From Octopus vulgaris (Eukaryota): a stretch of DNA of 64,000 nucleotides. The DNA lies in assembly GCA_951406725.2 (NCBI GenBank), contig OX597814.1, forward strand, positions 145,080,001 to 145,144,000, given 5' to 3'. The position numbers were made by a program, and so were the translations under genes. Below the pieces are notes generated by a model. It made no database searches and was not told the origin of the DNA. It saw only the letters and a list, made by a program, of their open reading frames with translations. This document shows, piece by piece, positions 55,583-64,000 of this stretch (position 1 is the stretch's first letter; every line of letters begins with the position of its first letter).

Positions 55583-58500
55583 CACAGTTGAGTGTGAAAA
55601 AAAGATTTGTGGTCCTCCTTAACAAAGGTTAGCATATATTCTCTCCAATATATACCGCAAAACATAAACAACATAGTCAAGAAAATGAATATTTGAACAG
55701 CTAAAAACATTTGGCTACTACAATAAACAAGGTGCCATGCGAAAACACTAACATCAGCGTTGATCTAATTAGACGGAACCCTGACTTCGGACAACAACTG
55801 TCGTGAAGCTGACGTCAACCACGCAAGCCTACAAACAGATCGGATTTCTGTTTCAATCCCCCGTCCCCTGAACCCTAACTAACAAACAACTAACTCCACT
55901 CGAAACTAGCCGATTGGGAGGACTCTGAAATAGCTGCACTGAAAATTGTGCCAGCTTCCATCAGCATCTGCCCGTATTCTGACCATTGGTAGCCCGTGTA
56001 GGTCATAATGACCATACATATCTGCATAAGGAAAAACTACGTGGAAAGTGACAAAAAAGGCTTATTCAATTACTTATACATGTAATACAGAATTTCCACA
56101 ATATAGGGACAACATTGTCAATAAGATCAACCTTAGTACTATGCGCCTCGTTTCAAATCGAGTTCCCTGAATAAATAACCACTCCAATATTGGGGTCAAT
56201 TTTTCTTGTCTGTTTCTCTCGTTATCTATTTTAGTCAGTGATAAAACGGATGCGTTCATAACAGGAGAGGGATGGTCTCGGTGAAACTTAAAATACACAA
56301 GGACATACAATTCCAACCACAGAGTGAAAGAGGAGACGAATGACGGAAGTGTTGTAGTAGATTAATTACGTCATCCAGCCTAACACCTCCACCTGGACTC
56401 TAAGCAACTTTAGCGGTGTCTACAACGTTCTTAGTGTTCTGCTCGTGCAGCTCAACAGCCTGACTATAAAATTCACTTTTCTTCCCATCAGCTACTTTTC
56501 CATCTAATCTATAAAAGAAATACGCAAGAGCGGAAGACAAGGAAACTGACTAAATAGATAATAACATTTGTTGCTTACTAGATCTGAGGTTGTAGTTATT
56601 GATAATGTCACTGTTATTGTTCTTCGATCTCATGTCCGTCTTGGATGAGCAGACTTATGATTCAAGACGTTATAGTCTTGATCATCCACGCTTTTTGAAT
56701 ATCTACAGCTACACTGATATAGTCCTCCTTTTTATTTTAAAGATTTTTGAGTGAGATTTGTAGGCGATTTGGTTTCTTTTTCTAGTTTGTTGAGTGAACA
56801 CATAGAGAACTACTCATTGGTGTGGAGGTACAAGAATTTGTTTGCATTTCTAAACTGTGGATCCATATATTAGCGTAAGAATTAATAAATCATTGCTCTA
56901 AAAATATATGTATTTCTTATCTAGGCAATGATAGAACCTCTACGTAATCGTTTGTCTGCTAATGACAGCAGCTAAACTTCCTCTACCGTCTTAGTTCATT
57001 AACTTCCTTGGTCCACCGGCTCTACCAAACATCTGATCTTAAATTACGTAAACGAGCGGGAATGAGGAAAAATTCAAATTTTATAAATGTTTTTAGCTCT
57101 GTAGGATTCCATTAATTTGATAATTTCCACGAAATAGTTTCATTATGTGAAAGATTCCGAATACGTTTTCGATTTTGCTCTATAGTTAGAGTCGTTTATA
57201 GCGCATCACTCGAATACATGTAATGACAAACCGAATGATATAACAGATCTTCATATTTGCAAAACAATATTTCCAGTATTTAGTTGATGTCTTTGATTTT
57301 AGTTCAATCTCACTGAGGTGAATTATGTCTTCTATTCTGGATGAAATACGTGCAAGTATGATACTGAGGTATATTCATCCGATTATATTCTAGACTTTAA
57401 GAAATCCTTATTATAACATACTTATTTCTGAAATCCATTTTTCAAAAATATAATATAAATTATATCATATTTGTGAAAAGAGACGGTATTTTTTGGTTAT
57501 TTCTTCGTTGGATAGGATATTGAATAAGATAAATCTAAGATATATATAAACATAACATATTGCCTGTTGAAGTTTAAAGGCAAACTATTTTGAAATTATC
57601 AGTAAGATGTATTTGTCTACTTAACGTGGTATTTCTATCTCAGAAGAACAGACTGATATGTTAGTTTGAAGTACAAAGTTCATGTTTTCTATACTTCTTT
57701 GTTGATAAGACTTGAAATAGTGTTCCATCACAACGTTTCGGTCACTATAATCACTGTTTATGAGCGAAAGGTTGACATCATCATAAAAAAGAATTATCGA
57801 ACACATTTATTGTGTAAACATTCCTGTAGTCGATCGCAAACTTGGATGTCTGATCTGTACTAAAATAAATCTTCTGCTTTAGTCTTTCAGTGTTACGAAA
57901 TAGAGATTTTGGGTCGAGTGTAAAAATATGTTTTGTAAGAAACTGATAGAGATTATGAAATAATACATCGATCATTAGAACTAATTTCTGTTAGGTCAGT
58001 TTTAATTTTCATCCTTGAATGATCTGAAGCATCACAGCTTAAAGACTTTTATCAACACGTTTTCATATGATTTGAAAAGGAAAAGGTTTTAGATAATTAA
58101 TATTTTGTTGTAAATCAGTGAAGTAGCAGAATCAGTTGGACACGACATAACTAACCGCCGAGTGTTCGTTTCTTGTCCCGGCTTAGGTACTGCGGTGTTG
58201 TGTTAGAGCCCAAGTCGTGTATCTTCCGACAACTCGGTTCTCCTAAATGTGTTATTATCAACTGATTCAGTAGACTAACCGAAGAAATTCAGTCATAACG
58301 ATCTAGTCTTTTTGTAACGACTACGTTAGCTGATGTAGCTTTCATTTTTAGTGTGGTAAGATGTGATTTGAGTGATTTCTGATTATTTGAGGAGTTTGAG
58401 TAACCTCTTACAGACCTCTTCGTAGGCTCCTTCTAATTATATATATCTGCGGTAGGTGCTATATATGTGTCACAATTGTATGCAGCGTTAGGAGTGGGAA

Positions 58501-58804
58501 ATGTATCAATCATCATAATTTAATATACATTTATCTTTCATCCATTTAACGTTGAATAAAATGGAGATAAACAATGAGCCAAAAGAATTCTTGGGATGGA
58601 TTAGAAAACAAATATTAGCTAAATTATAATAGCATGTCATCACGAAAAATGTTAATTTTAATAAACGTTCTCTACTTTCAGTTGTAAATTTATATTAGTT
58701 AAATGCAGCATTATAGCTAGAAAATGTCAACATTTCTTGGCTTTAACTCTAGTTTCAAACTGGTTATTCTCAATTTTTTTGTACATCAAGTCACGCAGGC
58801 GTAG

Positions 58805-58962
58805 ACTTGTAGGCAACTGTGTGGTTGTGTGAAAAGGAGTTTGCTTCCCTATCACATGGTTAGGGTTCAGTCCCGTTGCGTGTCACCTTAGGCAAGTATC
58901 TTCTACTATTGCCCCAGGTCGACCAAAACCTTGTGAGTGGATTTGCTAGACGGAAACCCAAA
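58805..58962 (+). mobile_element. SINE family A, 5' half
   Basis: gggttcagtcccgttgcgtgtcaccttaggcaagtatcttctact...gacggaaac. Confidence 0.8.
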
Positions 58963-59011
58963 GGTGCTCAACACCCCCAACACGCCCCACACACTCGTGT
59001 GTGTGTGTGTG

Positions 59012-62000
59012 TTTATCCTGGATGGATCTACAGTTCAACCCATCCGCGATACGCGCCAAACTTTGGCCAAAACCTTCAACTCTGTGTTTACCAGAGTGAT
59101 GGGCCGAAAATTATCAATGCAACCCCCCTTTTTCGGGTCCTTTCTGACAAGCGTCACCACTCCCCGACGTACAGATCTGGGAAGGCCTATTCTGCTGCCA
59201 GTTCGTGTAGACATTCGCCAGCAGGTGCCCGAACAAGTCTGACATACTTTTATACAGTTCATAGGGTAGACCATCCAGTTCCGGCGCCTTACGCGCCCCG
59301 CAGTCCGCCATAGCCTCAATTACCTCCACAGGCGTGATCGGCCCTTCACAACATTCCACGTCCTGCTCCGATTGGCGCGGAAGTATGATAGGTCCCTCCC
59401 ACTGTCCAGTGCGCCGCCTCCTCCGAAAAGCTGGGCGAATGGCCCCTGAAAGACCTCACACTTCTCCTCGGGCCCATTTATCAACTTACTTTGTTGGTTC
59501 GTCAAAGTTCGAATTAGGCCATCGTTGCCACGTTGGACTTCCATCACTCGGGTCGATCCCGCGGCCTTGATTCCTTCGCAACCCAATGAACGAATCTTCG
59601 CTCTGACAATGCAATCCATATGTTGGGCTTCGAGGTGCTGGTCTAACGCCAGTCTCTTGGCCGCCACCTGAGCTGCAGAGCCAGATTCTATTACTTCATC
59701 TAAGTCCTTAGCTAATGCTAATCCCTTCCTCGTCTCTCTAGCCACTAAACCTGTACTATATCTAATAGACTCAAATTTAATGGCTCACTTGAGGACATAC
59801 CACCATTTCTTATTAATATCAGATCCGGTTAATGCCCTCTGAATCAATAACTTAATCCGGTCTCTGTACTCCTTAATCGCCAAAAGGGACGTATTAAGTT
59901 TCCAGTAGCCGGAGCCTCTGTTATATAGATTATCTATGTCGAGCGTACAGGTGACCATTTTATGATCACTGTAGCTGACCGGGAAAACTGTGGACACCTA
60001 ACAATATCCTTATCTGCTTTACTAATTAACACCCTATCTAGATATGACCAGAAAGATCCGTCGCTGTCCGTCCATGGACCGTTCGGAAATTCCAGCCTAT
60101 AATGATCTGTTAGGTCAAAGCGGCTTAGCAGTTCCCACAAGCAAGCATTACCTCTTCTTTCAGAACACGAGCGAAAACAATCTACGCGTGCATCACAGAT
60201 TATGTTATAGTGTCCTAGCACAACTAGCGAATGTGATGTACCGAGAAACTTCTCCAGGTTCCGAAAATACTCACTTTTCCCGTTTTCAGTGGGTGCATAA
60301 ATTACAACCAGTCTGATAATCTTACCACGACTGAGCGTCAAATCCATGACGACTAGCCTACCCTCTGGATCTGAAAAAATTAACTTTTTCTCAGAAACCC
60401 TGTTTCTTTTTAACAGTACCAACACCCACCTCCCGCCAGTTGGACACCCCGGAGAGAAAAACTCTCGTAGCCATCAAATAGCGGGAGGAGATCTCTTGGC
60501 CCCCTTAACCGGGTTCCCGTTGCAACAATGACATCCAAATTGCACGACCTGATGCCATTAAGGAAGCAACCTTGCTTCCAGCTGGACCCCAAGCCACCAA
60601 CATTCAAACAACCAACATGAATGCAAGCCATCTACTTACCTTGGCATGAGGGGCTTTCGGCCTTCTCCTTTTCCTTTACCCGGGCTCGTGGGGTGGTTTG
60701 ACAGTTCCTCGTACATGAACTTACTGAAGTCAAAACTCGGAGGGCCTATGTCTGTGGGGAAATATGATTTTGATATTGCAAGGTTTATATCGTCTATTTG
60801 TATTATTAAAATTCCTTCTGAAAGTTTTGTGTAATGTTCTTTGAAAATTTCTGCTGTAGGAATATTTTAAATTCGAGTTGTCAGTTGTTCGTTCGTGGCA
60901 TTTATTGACACTAATAGTAACTTGTTTTGCCATATTTTTCCGGGACTGGAGAGGAGGGATGATTTTCCCGGACTGGAAGGAAGGGATAATGGTGTTTGTT
61001 TTTGGTGAATAGTGGTGGGGAGGGGGGTTGAGTTTCGTGTGTGTCTGCTGAGGGAGCTTTTTTCTTGTTCGAGTTGGATGTTGAAGGGGTGGGATTGGGG
61101 TTCTTCCTATTGTTTAATTTTTTCCTTTTAAACGGTAGACCATCCGTCTTCACTCCGCGCTGGTTGAGTGTTTTCATTATTGGGAGCCTGCTGATCGGTC
61201 TTCTATGTTTCTGCCTCTTCTGCATCTGTTTTTTGCGCCGGCTCCACCTTACGGATAGGACAGCTTGCCCGAATGTGGCCTTTCTCTCCACATTCGAAGC
61301 ACCGGGGTTTTCTCCCCTACATCATTACCCGGAAGGTAGTTCCTTCTCCGAGGTGTATGTTCTTTACGATCTTTTCCAGGATATGCGGCGCCGCTTGGAT
61401 AATGACCAGTTCTGCTGGTGTCTATTTGAGACTTCTAATACCGTTATTTTTTGTTCTATACCCATTAGTAGGGCTGGGAGTTGCCATGATACGTTTATTT
61501 CTGGCGGGATCTCTTCTATCGTGATCTTCGATGTGCGCCTGCCTAAGTATATTGGCAGCAACAAAATGTCCGTGATTCTCAAAGGTTGTACAGAGTATGT
61601 TTTTGCTTTCCCTTCACTTTTGAAATAGAGTACTACTGTGGCAAAGCGTTTGCCTCTGGTCAGGTATTCTATGTCCTGCCAAATCAGCTGTAGGCATATT
61701 TCTAAAGCTTCTTTTGGTGCCTTGTCAAGTTTCTTTTCCTTTACAACAAGAGTTTTAAACACGACTATTTTTTTGCCGTTTTTTCTATGATTTCACCCAA
61801 GAGGCTGGCTTTTACGTCATATTCCTCCTTTGGAAACATGTTTTGGTGCTGCATTAGTATACTGCGGTCAACACATAATTGCCGGTTCTACAAGTTTTTC
61901 TGCCGTCGGCATACTTAATATTTCACAGTTTTTGTTCACATTTGTTTTCCTTTGCAGAGGAAGTATTCATTTTCAACAAAATAACTTTGTGGAAAAACGC

Positions 62001-62150
62001 CACAAAATGAAAAGTCCCCATCCTCACAGAGGGAAATAAAAGTTCATTCCGTCTGCCTCTCGCAGAAAGGTATCACTAACAACACAGAGAATTCAGCAAC
62101 AAAAATTTCAAGACAAACCTTCAAGCAAAGAATACATCACAGAATTAATC
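59012..62150 (-). mobile_element. L1/Tx1-clade LINE: 5' region, ORF1 with CCHC knuckle, APE endonuclease and start of RT; multiply frameshifted and 3'-truncated
   Basis: GRKPRCFECGEKGHIRASCP near 61260-61320. ORF2 from 60631 has CLNVGGL, YAPT, SYLDR, YSDH, GSGYWKLN, KAPELDGLPYELYK and NFRPITLVNTELKVLAKV. The 5' boundary is approximate. Confidence 0.9.
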
Positions 62151-62657
62151 ACAAGTAACAAAACCGCTAAGCATTTCGCCAGGCGTGCTAACGATTAACA
62201 ACTGTTATTCAACCAAGTAATCCTTCCACATTAAAGCATTGGGAATCATAACTTTAGAAAAACACTTAGCATACCATCAACTAAAGTACAAGTAGTTTGC
62301 AGATACCATTGTTAGTTAGACAAAACATGGCAGAATTCAGTGATATAACCTAACTTAATATTTTTAATCTTACATCTCTAAATGGTACCATATATAAGTC
62401 AGAAATAGACACTATGGCTAGTGTATTTAACCATACTAATTCATCTCAATACAGTAAGGTCATACATGCACAGTATATTGACTAGAAATATCTTCAATTA
62501 ACTGAGGTTATCTATACATTTTTATATTGGCCTTGCTACCTGGGAAGAGAAAAAGTATGAACCTATTTACGAATATATGAGTACATGTAACCAAACTTTT
62601 CAATGGCACATTTTAATTCTCATCAAAGTAATTTATTGTACATAAACTATCCTTTTA

Positions 62658-62760
<103 letters not shown>

Positions 62761-62789
62761 TCGACTGTGCAGATATATATCGATATAGC

Positions 62790-63192
62790 CTTTCCTTTTC
62801 TATTCTAAGCACAAGGCCCGAAATTTGGGGGGAGGAGGCCAGTTGATTCGATCGACCCCAATACTCAACTGTTACTTACTTTATCTAATCCGAAAGGATG
62901 AAAGGCAAAGTCAACCTCGACGTAATTTGAACTTAGAACGTAAAGGCAGGTGAAATACCTATTTCTTTACTACCCACAAGGGGCTAAACACAGATAGGAC
63001 AAACAAGGACAGACAAACGGATTAAGTCGATTATATCGACCCCAGTGCGTAACTGGTACTTATTTAATCGACCCTGAAAGGATGAAAGGCAAAGTCGAAC
63101 TCAGCGGAATTTGAACTCAGGACGTAACGGCAGACGAAATACTGTTAAGCATTTCTCCCTGCGTGCTAACGTTTCTGCCAGCTCACCGCCCT
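62790..63192 (-). mobile_element. Dimeric or nested SINE family B
   Basis: Two cores (gaaaggatgaaaggcaaagtc at ~62892 and ~63076); head at ~63190. Confidence 0.85.
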
Positions 63193-64000
63193 TTTTGATA
63201 TAGCATATTGTCCGACATAAAAATTGTATTTTGAGCTACAATGATATATTCATTAAAATAACTTGATAATTTATTGATTTGATCTTAAATATACTTTTAG
63301 AAGAAACCAACTGTGAACCATTACTGGTATTAGTATATAATTGTGGAAATTGAAAACACACTACTACTGTGTTTGTTAAAGGTGTAAACATTGTATATCC
63401 TACTTCTTTATCCTCAAAAACACAAACCAATCTTCCCCCAAACAAAACGAGTCAATATAACTTAAGGTTAGTTTATATATCGAGAAGCCGAATATGTAAA
63501 CTGTTTTCGATTACCATGTCACTTACAACATTACTGCCCTTTAGATACCGGTTTCAGTTCCACTTCAATAAGCAATGTAAAGAAATGTGGTGCTATATAG
63601 GTTAAACAGTATGGATTCTGTAGCATTGGCTGTTAGTCACTCGCTACTCCAATAAAGCTCGGCTACACACACATAAACCAATATTGGTAAAGTATTTTAG
63701 TCAATATCATATATCGAAGATCTAAGAATCTGCTCGTAAACCCAGCAAACTATATCTGATATTTAACATAGACGAGAACCATAGAGTGGAAAGTAAACAG
63801 CTGACGAGATCAGAATGCCGTTCGATATCGATTACCAATTTTGAAAGACATGAATGTCTAAACATTCCACCATCAATTACTAAAATTGTTATACCTACAT
63901 GCCAAGTTAAAAAAAAACAACAAAAACCTCAACGAACATCGAAGTAATAGTTGCTTAATAAATAAATGCTACTGGTTGCTGTTATTGTTGTTTAGCCCCA

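Noticed and set aside
63801-63840. CTGACGA-GAT...ATC-GATT
   Set aside because: GAAA is replaced by GATT and stems I and III are unsupported.

Overview
AT-rich eukaryotic (animal) non-coding DNA, very rich in (TA)n, (CA)n, (TATG)n, (ATCT)n and trinucleotide microsatellites and in tRNA-derived SINEs. These SINEs resemble families I recall from octopus genomes, but that assignment is inference and was not checked. Almost all ORFs in the supplied track are microsatellite artefacts, and I could not identify any host protein-coding exon. Real coding signal comes only from transposons: a CCCH-finger LINE ORF1, CR1-like, RTE-like, R4/Dong-like and L1/Tx1 fragments, mariner elements, a non-autonomous Helitron and three Penelope-like (GIY-YIG) remnants. 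One candidate TATA promoter with a short first exon lies on the minus strand near 32.5 kb. The main hidden signal is a dense set of type I hammerhead ribozyme motifs: eight with complete or near-complete cores, plus several decayed or half copies. They sit in short unique islands inside microsatellites and in inverted pseudo-LTR arms of Penelope-like elements. They include U3-A8 core variants, palindromic stem III loops and long stem II extensions. All folds were read by eye and none has been tested.
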